In this document: one piece after another, positions 8,868 to 18,261 of the stretch | Position numbering within the stretch: the stretch's first letter is position 1 | How the letters are laid out: every line of letters begins with the position of its first letter | Source: Ruminococcus sp. | GTDB lineage: Bacteria > Bacillota > Clostridia > Oscillospirales > Ruminococcaceae | Assembly (NCBI GenBank): GCA_045616285.1 | Contig: JAZLGM010000089.1 | Coordinates: 2,914 to 66,913 of the forward strand | Length of the DNA: 64,000 nt | Reading direction: 5' to 3' | Notes under the pieces: model-generated | The model's database searches: none | What the model saw: only the letters and a program-made list of their open reading frames with translations | What the model was told of the DNA's origin: nothing | Program-made: the position numbers and the translations under genes

Positions 8868-10412
8868 TTACTTAGCCTTAATTTCTTTAGCAACTGCATC
8901 GAATTCGTCTGTTATTGCCTTTTCAGGAGCCTTTGTTGCAAGTGAAACAACAATTATTGCAATTAAAGCACAGATGAAAGCAGGGAGAAGTTCATATACT
9001 GCAAAGATTTCGCTGAGTCCGCTGATGACGAATTTCCAGAGGAATACCATTACACCGCCGACGAGCATACCTGCCATTGCACCGTATTTATTTGAACGCT
9101 TCCAGAAGAGAGATGTAAGCATTACCGGACCGAATGTTGCGCCAAAACCAGCCCATGCAAATGAAACGACTCTGAATACGGAACTGTTGCTGTCCCATGC
9201 AAGGATAATACCGAGAACAGCAATTACAATAAGAACTGCTCTTGCAACGAACATTGATTTTTTAGCATCAAGCTTGAGTTTGAATACACCCTTGAGAAGA
9301 TTCTCGGACATACTTGAAGAAGCTGCAAGAAGCTGTGAATCTGATGTTGACATTGTGCAGGCAAGAATTCCGGCGAAGATAAGACCTGCTACGAGTGCTG
9401 CAAGTACACCGTTTTCGCTGAGGAGAGATGCCATTTCAAGAACAACTGTCTCTGATTCGGATGATGTAGGGAGAACCTTGATGTGGCCCTGTGCTGAAAG
9501 TGCATTTCCGATAAATCCGATAAGAATTGCAATACCCATTGCGATAACTACCCATACAGATGCAATTCTTCTTGATGTCTTAATTTTTTCTTTGTCTTCA
9601 ATAGCCATAAATCTGAGAAGGATATGAGGCATACCGAAGTAACCGAGTCCCCAAGCAAGAGTTGATACGATAGGGAAGAATCCGAAATTAACGCTTTCAC
9701 CATCGGCTGTTCGTGTTGTTACAAGTGAAAGATAGTCTGAAAGTCCCTTTGCATTATCTATTACAGCGTCAAAGCCGCCCGCTGTGTTAATGCCGAAAAA
9801 TACAACGATAGCAAGTGCAGTAGTCATTACAATACTCTGAATGAGGTCTGTAAAACTTGCTGCGAGGAATCCTCCGAGACTTGTGTATGCGATGATAATA
9901 ATTGCACTTATTATCATTGCAGTATGGTATTCCCAGCCGAAAAGCTGATTAAAAAGCTTTCCGCAGGCAGAGAAGCCCGAAGCAGTATAGGGAACAAAGA
10001 AAATAAGAATGATTGCGGCTGAAATACCCATAAGAATCTTCTTGTCATCATGATAACGATTTGAGAAGAAATCAGGTACTGTAATTGCATTGCCGCATTT
10101 TTGTGAGTAGACTCTCAGACGTTTTGCAACGAGAAGCCAGTTAAGGTATGTACCTGCTGCAAGTCCGATTACTGTCCATGATACCTCAGCGCATCCGCAA
10201 AGGTAAGCAAGTCCGGGAAGTCCCATGAGAAGATAACTGCTCATGTCAGATGCTTCTGCGCTCATTGCAGAAACAAGAGGACCAAGTTTACGTCCTCCGA
10301 GATAGAAGTCGCTGACGTCTTTATTCTTCTTTGAATAAACGACGCCTATCACAATCATCATAATAAGATAAGCAATGATAGTGATAAGAATACAGGTTAC
10401 TGCTTGTGTCAT
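8868..10412 (-). CDS. putP: Sodium/proline symporter (SSS family)
   Basis: DFYLGGR.LGP..AMSAEASDMS..LLMGLPG, AWGLGYFGMPHIL.RFM and MSTSDSQLL motifs. Start placed at MTQAV (ATG 10412). Confidence 0.92.
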   Translation of the reverse strand: MTQAVTCILITIIAYLIMMIVIGVVYSKKNKDVSDFYLGGRKLGPLVSAMSAEASDMSSYLLMGLPGLAYLCGCAEVSWTVIGLAAGTYLNWLLVAKRLRVYSQKCGNAITVPDFFSNRYHDDKKILMGISAAIILIFFVPYTASGFSACGKLFNQLFGWEYHTAMIISAIIIIAYTSLGGFLAASFTDLIQSIVMTTALAIVVFFGINTAGGFDAVIDNAKGLSDYLSLVTTRTADGESVNFGFFPIVSTLAWGLGYFGMPHILLRFMAIEDKEKIKTSRRIASVWVVIAMGIAILIGFIGNALSAQGHIKVLPTSSESETVVLEMASLLSENGVLAALVAGLIFAGILACTMSTSDSQLLAASSSMSENLLKGVFKLKLDAKKSMFVARAVLIVIAVLGIILAWDSNSSVFRVVSFAWAGFGATFGPVMLTSLFWKRSNKYGAMAGMLVGGVMVFLWKFVISGLSEIFAVYELLPAFICALIAIIVVSLATKAPEKAITDEFDAVAKEIKAK

Positions 10413-10505
10413 AAGATTCGGAAGTATAATATTTATACTTCCCCTCCTTTCAAAAAAATCTACGGTATCACATATATATAATATGTAGGGAACCGACATA
10501 AGTAA

Positions 10506-10534
10506 ATACTACCATAAATGAATATAAATGTCAA
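10506..10534 (-). promoter_or_regulatory. sigmaA promoter of putP
   Basis: TTGACA-17 bp-TAGTAT with extended -10 TG. Confidence 0.65.
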
Positions 10535-10604
10535 GCGTTATTGTAAAGTGTTAAAGTTTTATTGAAAAACAGCTGAAAAAACAGCGCATATTTTGTCTTT
10601 TTGC

Positions 10605-10633
10605 TTGACTATGGGTTTCATTTGTGGTATGAT
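10605..10633 (+). promoter_or_regulatory. sigmaA promoter of the DEAD-box helicase operon
   Basis: TTGACT-17 bp-TATGAT with extended -10 TG. Confidence 0.65.
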
Positions 10634-10678
10634 TGAATATGTGTATAAAATAATCAATGATAACAGAGAGGGAAAATA

Positions 10679-12409
10679 ATGCGTTTTAATGAACTTAATC
10701 TTTCACAGGAGATTCCCAATGCCGTCGGAGAACTCGGATTTGATGAAATGACGGAAATACAGGAAAAAAGCATACCGCTTCTTTTAGAGGGATATGATGT
10801 TGTCGGACGTTCAAATACAGGTACGGGAAAGACTGCCGCTTTTGGCATTCCAGCTGTTGAGAGCATTACTGAAATGGACAAAAAGGCTCCCGCTGTGCTT
10901 ATTCTCTGTCCTACAAGAGAACTTGCTATGCAGGCTTGTGAAGAAATAAGAAAATTTGCAGGACATAAGAGAATTGTAAAGACATCTGCCGTATATGGCG
11001 GTGCAAGTATGGAGCGTCAGATTATGGAACTCAAAAGAGGAGCAAATATCATAATCGGTACTCCGGGCAGAGTAATGGATCATATACGCAGACGAACACT
11101 TAAACTTGAAAATATAAGAACAGTCATTCTTGATGAAGCTGATGAAATGCTGAACATGGGATTCCGTGAGGATATTGAGGAAATCCTCGGATATGTACCT
11201 GAGGAAAGACAGACTGTTTTATTTTCGGCAACAATGCCGAAGGCTATTCTCGATATTACTGAGAAATATCAGAATGATCCGGTTCACGTAAAAATCGAAT
11301 CATCGCAGAGAACAGTTGAACTTATCGACCAGTATTATTTTGAAGTTGCCATGGGAAGAAAGACAGATGCACTTAAACTTCTGCTTTCTGCATATTCTCC
11401 CGTTTCGTCAATGATTTTCTGCAATACCAGAAAAATGGTTGATGAACTTACGGAGGAACTTGTAAAATCAGGTTTCAGGGCATCAGGAATTCATGGTGAC
11501 ATGAAACAGGCTCAGAGAACACAGGTTATGAACAACTTTAAATCCGGAAACAGCTCAATTCTCGTTGCGACAGACGTTGCTGCAAGAGGAATAGATGTTT
11601 CTGGAATAGATGTTGTTTTCAATTATGATTTGCCGCAGGATAATGAGTACTATATTCATCGTATCGGAAGAACGGGCAGAGCAGGTCGTTCAGGTGCGGC
11701 ATATACACTTATTTCGGGAAGAAGACAGTTTTACGAACTTCGAGATATAAGCAAATTTATAAAGGCTGAAATAAAGGAAATGCCTTTACCTGAAAAATCT
11801 GACATTATCGCAATGAAAACAGAAAAAATGGTAAGCGAGATTGCACAGATGTCCGATAGTACGCATATTGCCTATGAGATTCTTGAAAGACTTGCTGAAC
11901 AGGGAATAGATTGCAGGGAAGCTGCTGCAAGACTTATCAGCGGAAAAATTGCTTCTGAAATTGATAATCTTCCTGAATTCGATGCACCCCGTCAGCTTAA
12001 AAAAGGAAAGAAAAGCGGTGCAAAGACAGTCAAGGTGGATATAAATATCGGAAGAAGCAAAAGAATTGCGCCGAATTTCATTCTTGGTGCGCTTGTTGAC
12101 GCAACAGGAATGTCAGGCAGGGACTTCGGAAAAATTGATATTTTTGATGACCATACTACGGTTGAAGTTCCCGAAGCTGAGTATGATTATATTCTCGAAT
12201 CCACAAATCCGATGAAGATAAACGGACACCCTGTAGAGGTTAAACTTTACAAAGGCGGTTCAGGTTCAAAGGAAAAGGCATTTTCTTCAAGAGACAACAG
12301 ACGTTCAGCTCCTGACAGAAAAAAAATGGCGTATGGAAAGAGAAACAAAAAGGAACTTTACAGCGATTACGTCCCTGACAGAAAGAGACGTTCACGCAAG
12401 AGACACTGA
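10679..12409 (+). CDS. DEAD-box RNA helicase with C-terminal DbpA-type RNA-binding domain (CshA/DeaD-like)
   Basis: GTGKT, PTRELA, DEAD, SAT and HRIGRTGRAG motifs. Confidence 0.93.
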   Translation: MRFNELNLSQEIPNAVGELGFDEMTEIQEKSIPLLLEGYDVVGRSNTGTGKTAAFGIPAVESITEMDKKAPAVLILCPTRELAMQACEEIRKFAGHKRIVKTSAVYGGASMERQIMELKRGANIIIGTPGRVMDHIRRRTLKLENIRTVILDEADEMLNMGFREDIEEILGYVPEERQTVLFSATMPKAILDITEKYQNDPVHVKIESSQRTVELIDQYYFEVAMGRKTDALKLLLSAYSPVSSMIFCNTRKMVDELTEELVKSGFRASGIHGDMKQAQRTQVMNNFKSGNSSILVATDVAARGIDVSGIDVVFNYDLPQDNEYYIHRIGRTGRAGRSGAAYTLISGRRQFYELRDISKFIKAEIKEMPLPEKSDIIAMKTEKMVSEIAQMSDSTHIAYEILERLAEQGIDCREAAARLISGKIASEIDNLPEFDAPRQLKKGKKSGAKTVKVDINIGRSKRIAPNFILGALVDATGMSGRDFGKIDIFDDHTTVEVPEAEYDYILESTNPMKINGHPVEVKLYKGGSGSKEKAFSSRDNRRSAPDRKKMAYGKRNKKELYSDYVPDRKRRSRKRH

Positions 12410-12426
12410 AAGGACAGGATAAAGAA

Positions 12427-12522
12427 ATGAAACCGAAGAAAACTATGTTTACAAGAATTGTTGTTCTCATCATGGCGATAGCTATGATACTCAGCTTTCT
12501 CGTGATGGTATTCATGAAATAA
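12427..12522 (+). CDS. 31-aa single-TM small protein (DUF4044/Prli42-like), not in the ORF track
   Basis: MKPKKTMFTRIVVLIMAIAMILSFLVMVFMK. AGGA upstream; its stop overlaps the next RBS, so it fills the intergenic gap. Confidence 0.75.
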   Translation: MKPKKTMFTRIVVLIMAIAMILSFLVMVFMK

Positions 12523-12534
12523 AGGAGAAAAGGC

Positions 12535-13134
12535 ATGGCAAAACAATTCTGGAAGGGAAGTGCCCTGCTTGCTCCTGTGCCTGCCGCACTTGTAACCTGC
12601 GGTACGGCTGAAAGACCGAATGTTCTTACAATAGGATGGACAGGAATAGTATGTACGCATCCTCCGATGACATACATATCTGTGCGCCCCGAAAGATATT
12701 CTCATGATATCATAAAGGAGAGCGGAGAATTTGTAATCAATCTTACAACTTCTGCGATGGTGAAGCAGACTGATTTCTGCGGAGTGAAAAGCGGAAGGAA
12801 TACTGATAAATTCAAAGCCTGCGGATTCCATGCGGTACCTGCTGTTAAGGTTAGCGCACCTCTTATTGAAGAATGTCCTGTAAGTCTTGAATGTCGTGTG
12901 ACGGAAGCGAAACTTCTGGGTACCCATACGATGTTTCTTGCAGAAATAGTCGGTGTGGATGTTGATGAGAAATATATTGACAGTAAAAACAAGCTTAATC
13001 TTCAGCAATGCGGACTTGCTGCGTATGCACATGGTGAGTATTTTGCACTTGGAAGAAAACTTGGCGAGTTTGGATTTTCAGTTAAGAAAAAGAAGAAAAA
13101 AAACATGAATGACAGAAAAAAAGAAATCAGGTAG
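12535..13134 (+). CDS. Flavin reductase family protein
   Basis: PVPAALVTC, NVLTIGW, RYSHD.I...GEFVIN and APLIEECPVSLEC motifs. Confidence 0.9.
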   Translation: MAKQFWKGSALLAPVPAALVTCGTAERPNVLTIGWTGIVCTHPPMTYISVRPERYSHDIIKESGEFVINLTTSAMVKQTDFCGVKSGRNTDKFKACGFHAVPAVKVSAPLIEECPVSLECRVTEAKLLGTHTMFLAEIVGVDVDEKYIDSKNKLNLQQCGLAAYAHGEYFALGRKLGEFGFSVKKKKKKNMNDRKKEIR

Positions 13135-13465
13135 ATATATCTTCAATAAATCTCCTGAGTTCATAGTCTGTTTCCATGACCACACCTTTTGATAATTCTG
13201 TGCGGTCGAAGTCTGACAGCAGGGATATATCGTAGTCTATGATTCTGTACGGAACTGAGCTTTCACCTTTAAAAACTCCGATTTTTCCATTATATTCCCT
13301 GACAATGCAGACAGGCTGTTCAAGTTTGGGAGTTGATACGGATGTACGGGCAGCTACTTTCTGGCGATGAACAGATTGACCGAGAGTACAGATGATGATA
13401 AACCCTGAAACAGTTATGCCCAGCATGAGAGTTAAATAAACTCGTTTGTCGAAAAATCTTCGCAT
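13127..13465 (-). CDS. BofC C-terminal-domain protein (sporulation-associated)
   Basis: N-terminal hydrophobic segment, then the pattern VREYNGKIGVF...D.SLL...DR.EL.KG.....EL..IED. Confidence 0.7.
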   Translation of the reverse strand: MRRFFDKRVYLTLMLGITVSGFIIICTLGQSVHRQKVAARTSVSTPKLEQPVCIVREYNGKIGVFKGESSVPYRIIDYDISLLSDFDRTELSKGVVMETDYELRRFIEDIST

Positions 13466-13495
13466 TTTATCGCTCCTTGCTTAATTTACTGTAAT

Positions 13496-13524
13496 TATTG
13501 TTGCCATTCTTTTATGTATTATAC
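13496..13524 (-). promoter_or_regulatory. Candidate sigmaF-type promoter of the bofC-like gene
   Basis: GTATA-14 bp-GGCAACAATA resembles the B. subtilis sigmaF consensus GYATA-15-GGnRAnAnTR. Confidence 0.45.
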
Positions 13525-13550
13525 AAAATCACGAAATTTTTTCTAAATGC

Positions 13551-13579
13551 TTAACAAAATGAAAATAATATGTTATAAT
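13551..13579 (+). promoter_or_regulatory. sigmaA-type promoter of the class A PBP
   Basis: TTAACA-17 bp-TATAAT with extended -10 TG. Confidence 0.6.
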
Positions 13580-13634
13580 AACTTATATGTAATCAGATGA
13601 AAGGAGATGAAGCCGTTACCAACGGTTACTCGAA

Positions 13635-16196
13635 ATGACGGATAATAACAATTTTAATAACGGTGCGGTTCCCCCGTATCCCGAACCGCAGAATTTCGGA
13701 GTTCCTCCGATGCAGACGGGAAGACCTGTCAGAAAAAAGAAGAAAAAGAAAAAGAAGAATATCTTTTTGCTGATTCTTAAAAAGCTGTTTATGGTTATTG
13801 TAACAACTCTGCTTTCACTTTTCCTTGTTATGGTAATAACAGGAACCATTGTTGCAACATCCCTTACAGTATATGTACTTAATTTCATGGAGGATTCAAC
13901 GAATATTACACTTCAGGAACTTGAATCGGGAAGTGATACCTATTTCTACGGCAACAAGACGGATGAGAACGGAAAAACTGATCTTGTTGTTCTTCAGAGT
14001 ATCAAGACTGACGTTCAAAGAATTCCTGTTTCAATCGACAGAATTCCTCAGCACGTTCGTGATGCATTTGTGTACACCGAGGACGAGCGTTTCTACACTC
14101 ATGACGGTGTTGACTATAAGCGAACTTTTGCAGCTTTTGTAAATATGTTCATTCACATTTACGATACTGAGCAGGGTGGTTCAACAATCACTCAGCAGCT
14201 CATTAAAAACCTTACAGGTGATGATGAGGTTTCGCCACAGCGTAAAATCCGAGAGATTTTCAGTGCGATGCAGCTTGAAAAGAGTTATTCAAAGGATGAG
14301 ATTCTTGAAGAATATCTTAATTATATCGGTTTCGGCGGACCTATTAACGGTATTCAGCTTGCTTCAACACGTTATTTCGGAAAAAATGTTGAAGATCTGA
14401 CAGTACCTGAGGCGGCTGTACTTGCGGCTATTCCTCAGAGTCCTAACTACTACGGACCATTCGTTGAAACTTACGATGAGGAAACAGGAAAGCTGATTGT
14501 TGACGGACGTTCAAATAATGTAAGCCGTCAGAGATATGTACTTTACAAGATGTATGAAAACGGTGCGATTACTTATGACGAGTATCAGCAGTATCTGAAT
14601 ACACGTATTCTTTATACTGATTCAGAGGAGTACAAGCGTCTCCATCCTGAGGTTGATATCGACGAAATGGAAAGCGCTCAGCAGATTTATACATGGGAAG
14701 TTGATGCCATGATGTATGAGGCTGCAGCTTATCTTATGAGCCAGTACAATATTGATCAGCAGGAAGCAATCAGACGTATAAACAAGGGCGGATACAGAAT
14801 CTACTCTACTCTTGATGATCAGATGCAGGCTTTCATGGAGGAGCGTTTCAGCGACATTAACAATATTATTCCTGCAAGTTATGTTGAAAAGTGGGAAGAT
14901 GTTGATGGTGACGGAAATATTGAGCAGTATCTCCCGCATATAGGATTCATTGCTCTTAACTATGATGGTTCTGTAAAGTCTCTTATCGGAACATGGGGAG
15001 AAAAGAATTCCTCACTTTCAGCAAGTTATGCGGTAACTGAGCCGAGACAGATTGGTTCTACAATGAAGCCGATTTCTACATACGGTCTCGCACTTGAAAC
15101 AGATACAATTCACTGGGGTACACAGCTCAAGGATGATGCCATCAAGGAGATTGACGGAAAACCGTGGCCTACAAACTATTCCGAAAGCAGTGTGACAAAT
15201 CTTTCACATCAGACGTACAATATCTATTATTTCCTTCAGCAGTCATTCAATACTGCTCCTGCACAGCTTTGTGAGACACTTACACCACATGAAGTCTACA
15301 AGTTCTGTAAGGAAAGAATGGGTATGAAGCTTGATCCTGACGATGAGGACTTCTCACCTCTTACTGTTGGAGCTTTGACATACGGTATCACTCTTGAAAA
15401 CCTTGTAAATGCATACATTCCTTATGGTAACAGCGGTATTTACAATGAGGCACATATTGTTTCAAGAATCGAAGACAGCAACCATAAGATTATTTATCAG
15501 AACGACGGTAACGCAAGAGAGGCAGTAAGTCCTCAGACTGCATGGGTTATGAACCGTCTCCTGAAAAATGTTGTTGATAACGGTACAGGTACTGGTGCGA
15601 AACTTTCAAATAAGGTTCTCTGCGGAAAGACAGGTACAACAGATAACTGGTATGACCTTACATTCGTTGGACTTACAACAGATTTTGTCAGCGGTGTAAC
15701 GATAGGATACGAGCTTTATGACGAAAAGCTCAAACTTCCGTCTTCAATTCATTCTGCAAACATCTGGAAGGCGGCAGTTGGTGATTATATTGAGGCAAAT
15801 TATGCAGATACCGCTTATGATTTCGAGCCGAACTCAGAAGTAATTTCTGCTCCTATGTGTACAGCAACAGGTATGATTGCAGGTGACTATTGTCCGAAGG
15901 GTGTTGTAGGTTACTGGAAGTCATCAAATGCTCCGGTATGTACAGGTACACATGGATATGTAAACAATTACAACAACAACTGGAACAACCAGTGGAATCA
16001 GTGGGGAACAACTGATCAGAATACCAATGCAAACGGTACAACAGGAAATACAACAGATCCGAATGCCGGATATACTGATCCTAACGCAGGAACTCAGGGC
16101 GGCGCAGGTACTGTTGATCCCGGATATACAGATACCGGCGATAGTGGTGAGCCTGGTTATGTGGTTGACGACGGTGCCGGAGACGAACTCTGGTAA
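13635..16196 (+). CDS. Class A penicillin-binding protein (transglycosylase + transpeptidase)
   Basis: EDERFY.HDG, GGSTITQQL.KN, RKIRE, STMK, SFN and KTG motifs; low-complexity C-terminal tail. Confidence 0.93.
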   Translation: MTDNNNFNNGAVPPYPEPQNFGVPPMQTGRPVRKKKKKKKKNIFLLILKKLFMVIVTTLLSLFLVMVITGTIVATSLTVYVLNFMEDSTNITLQELESGSDTYFYGNKTDENGKTDLVVLQSIKTDVQRIPVSIDRIPQHVRDAFVYTEDERFYTHDGVDYKRTFAAFVNMFIHIYDTEQGGSTITQQLIKNLTGDDEVSPQRKIREIFSAMQLEKSYSKDEILEEYLNYIGFGGPINGIQLASTRYFGKNVEDLTVPEAAVLAAIPQSPNYYGPFVETYDEETGKLIVDGRSNNVSRQRYVLYKMYENGAITYDEYQQYLNTRILYTDSEEYKRLHPEVDIDEMESAQQIYTWEVDAMMYEAAAYLMSQYNIDQQEAIRRINKGGYRIYSTLDDQMQAFMEERFSDINNIIPASYVEKWEDVDGDGNIEQYLPHIGFIALNYDGSVKSLIGTWGEKNSSLSASYAVTEPRQIGSTMKPISTYGLALETDTIHWGTQLKDDAIKEIDGKPWPTNYSESSVTNLSHQTYNIYYFLQQSFNTAPAQLCETLTPHEVYKFCKERMGMKLDPDDEDFSPLTVGALTYGITLENLVNAYIPYGNSGIYNEAHIVSRIEDSNHKIIYQNDGNAREAVSPQTAWVMNRLLKNVVDNGTGTGAKLSNKVLCGKTGTTDNWYDLTFVGLTTDFVSGVTIGYELYDEKLKLPSSIHSANIWKAAVGDYIEANYADTAYDFEPNSEVISAPMCTATGMIAGDYCPKGVVGYWKSSNAPVCTGTHGYVNNYNNNWNNQWNQWGTTDQNTNANGTTGNTTDPNAGYTDPNAGTQGGAGTVDPGYTDTGDSGEPGYVVDDGAGDELW

Positions 16197-16208
16197 AATA
16201 AAGAAACG

Positions 16209-16243
16209 AAGAACCTGTCCATTGAAGATATGGACAGGTTCTT
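16209..16243 (+). terminator. 14-bp stem-loop after the PBP gene (weak U-tract; may be a stabiliser or partial terminator)
   Basis: aagaacctgtccat-tgaagat-atggacaggttctt. Confidence 0.6.
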
Positions 16244-16262
16244 GTAAATTGAGGTGTTATTT

Positions 16263-17378
16263 ATGGAGAACAATATAAGATTAAGCTGTCCGTGTCATTT
16301 CGGACTTGAAAGCGTATTAAAGTATGAAATTACAAAAATAGGCGGAACTGACCTCAAGGTAAGCGACGGAAAAATCAGTTTCACAGGGGATGAAAACCTT
16401 ATTGCGAGGGCGAATATCTGTCTTTCAACAGCAGAAAGAGTCCTTATTGAACTTGCAGAATTCAAAGCAGTTACATTTGAGGAACTGTTTCAGGGTGTAC
16501 GTGCGATTGAACTTGAAAGATATATCGGAAAAGAGGATGCTTTCCCTGTAAAGGGCTATTCTCTGAACTCACAGCTGCACAGTGTTCCTGACTGTCAGTC
16601 TATTATAAAGAAAGCGGCAGTTGAAAGACTTAAATCAAAGTACGGAATAAGTTATTTTGAAGAAACAGGACCGACGATGCAGATTAAATTCAGTATACTC
16701 AAAGACATTGTAACTGTATATCTTGATACAAGCGGAACAGGATTACACAAGAGAGGATACAGAAAAAACTCTAATGCCGCACCTATCAAGGAGACTCTTG
16801 CCGCAGGAATTATAGATCTTGCGAGGGTAAGACCTGATACTATAGTATGCGATCCGTTCTGCGGAAGCGGAACGCTGCTGATTGAAGCGGCAATGAAGGC
16901 ACTTAAAATCCCTGTGGGAATCAACAGAAGATTTCAGGCTGAGAAATGGAATTGTTTTGATTCAAAGATATGGAAAGAAGAACGTACAAGAGGAATAGAC
17001 CTTGTTGATAAAACAGCGAAATTCCATGCATACGGATTTGATATCGACGATGATGCTGTTACTCTTTCGATTGACAACTCGCAGAAAGCAGGAGTAAAAT
17101 CAAGAATCAGTATTGAACAGGCTGATATTACAAAATTCACACAGCCTGAAAATTCAATTGTAATCTGTAATCCGCCATACGGAGAGAGACTTCTTGAACT
17201 TCGTGAAGCCGAGGAAATTTACAGAAAGATGGGAAGAGTTCTCGGAAAAGGCGGAGATCGTGGAAGTTACATTATTTCACCTCATGAAGAATTTGAAAAA
17301 TTCTTTGGAACTGAGGCTAAAAAGAGAAGAAAACTGTATAACGGAATGATTAAATGTCAGCTTTATATGTATTACTAA
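16263..17378 (+). CDS. THUMP-domain class I SAM-dependent rRNA methyltransferase (RlmL/YpsC-like)
   Basis: GLHKRGYR, APIKETLAA, DPFCGSGT and NPPYGER motifs. Confidence 0.9.
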   Translation: MENNIRLSCPCHFGLESVLKYEITKIGGTDLKVSDGKISFTGDENLIARANICLSTAERVLIELAEFKAVTFEELFQGVRAIELERYIGKEDAFPVKGYSLNSQLHSVPDCQSIIKKAAVERLKSKYGISYFEETGPTMQIKFSILKDIVTVYLDTSGTGLHKRGYRKNSNAAPIKETLAAGIIDLARVRPDTIVCDPFCGSGTLLIEAAMKALKIPVGINRRFQAEKWNCFDSKIWKEERTRGIDLVDKTAKFHAYGFDIDDDAVTLSIDNSQKAGVKSRISIEQADITKFTQPENSIVICNPPYGERLLELREAEEIYRKMGRVLGKGGDRGSYIISPHEEFEKFFGTEAKKRRKLYNGMIKCQLYMYY

Positions 17379-17998
17379 AAAAGGTTCTGCATCTTCTTTA
17401 TCCTACAAGATGTCCGGTATGCGGTGACTATATCGGTTATGAAGAGGGATTTTGCAAACTATGTGAAAGCAGATTCACAGCATATAAAGGAAAATTCAGG
17501 ATTAAAAATGCGGATTGCTTTTTTGCGGCATACGAGTACAATGACAGCATCTCACCCGCAGTCATTCTTATGAAAAACGGAACATCAGGAAATGCACCTT
17601 ATGCCTTTGCGAAGAGTGTATTCGGTATTGTTAAAGATATAAAAGCGGATTTAATTATTCCTGTTCCGATGTTTATTAAAGACAAAAGAAAAAGAGGATA
17701 CAATCAGACAGAACTGATTTCACGTGAACTCAGTATAATGACAGGTATTCCTTATGATAATTCACTCGTTATAAAAAACAGAAAAACAAAGGCACAGAAA
17801 GAACTTGGCAAAAAAGAAAGAATGATAAATCTCAGAGATGCATTTTCTGTTTCGGATTCTTCAGCAATTGCGGGAAGAAGAATTATACTTCTTGATGATG
17901 TATGCACGACGGGGAGTACACTTTCAGAGATTTCCGCATTGCTTAAAACAAATGGTGCTGAGGCTGTTTTCTGTGTATCATGCTGTAAGACAGTCTGA
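17354..17998 (+). CDS. ComF family competence protein (zinc ribbon + phosphoribosyltransferase fold)
   Basis: CPVC...CKLC, RGYNQ and LLDDVCTTGST motifs. Confidence 0.9.
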   Translation: MSALYVLLKKVLHLLYPTRCPVCGDYIGYEEGFCKLCESRFTAYKGKFRIKNADCFFAAYEYNDSISPAVILMKNGTSGNAPYAFAKSVFGIVKDIKADLIIPVPMFIKDKRKRGYNQTELISRELSIMTGIPYDNSLVIKNRKTKAQKELGKKERMINLRDAFSVSDSSAIAGRRIILLDDVCTTGSTLSEISALLKTNGAEAVFCVSCCKTV

Positions 17999-18029
17999 TT
18001 ACAGGGGCGATTTATATACTCATTAATGC

Positions 18030-18058
18030 TTGACATATTGCGTGAAATGTGGTATAAT
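18030..18058 (+). promoter_or_regulatory. Consensus sigmaA promoter about 200 nt upstream of the metal ABC operon
   Basis: TTGACA-17 bp-TATAAT with extended -10 TG. Confidence 0.8.
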
Positions 18059-18261
18059 TTTAGAATAATTTATCGGATAGTATAAGGGTCTTTTTCGTAT
18101 TCTTTCATCTGAGTAAGAGAAACAGGAGAGGTTTTTGGAAACTGCAAAAAGGAAAATTTGTTTGGAATTTGCAGTATTTTTCATTGGTGTGGTATATGAA
18201 ATTTTAAGAATGTCGGAGTGTGAATTTTTCCGACATCGGTGTGTAAGAGGGTATATTTTTT

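Noticed and set aside
8731-9627. 298-aa + strand ORF
   Set aside because: Antisense shadow of putP/gltX with no RBS or recognisable motifs.
10679-12409. DEAD-box helicase as the missing Shango SngC
   Set aside because: It is a housekeeping DbpA-domain RNA helicase, not an Lhr-like protein, and lies about 35 kb away.
12240-13032. 145-aa and 221-aa minus-strand ORFs
   Set aside because: Antisense to the helicase end, the microprotein and the flavin reductase.
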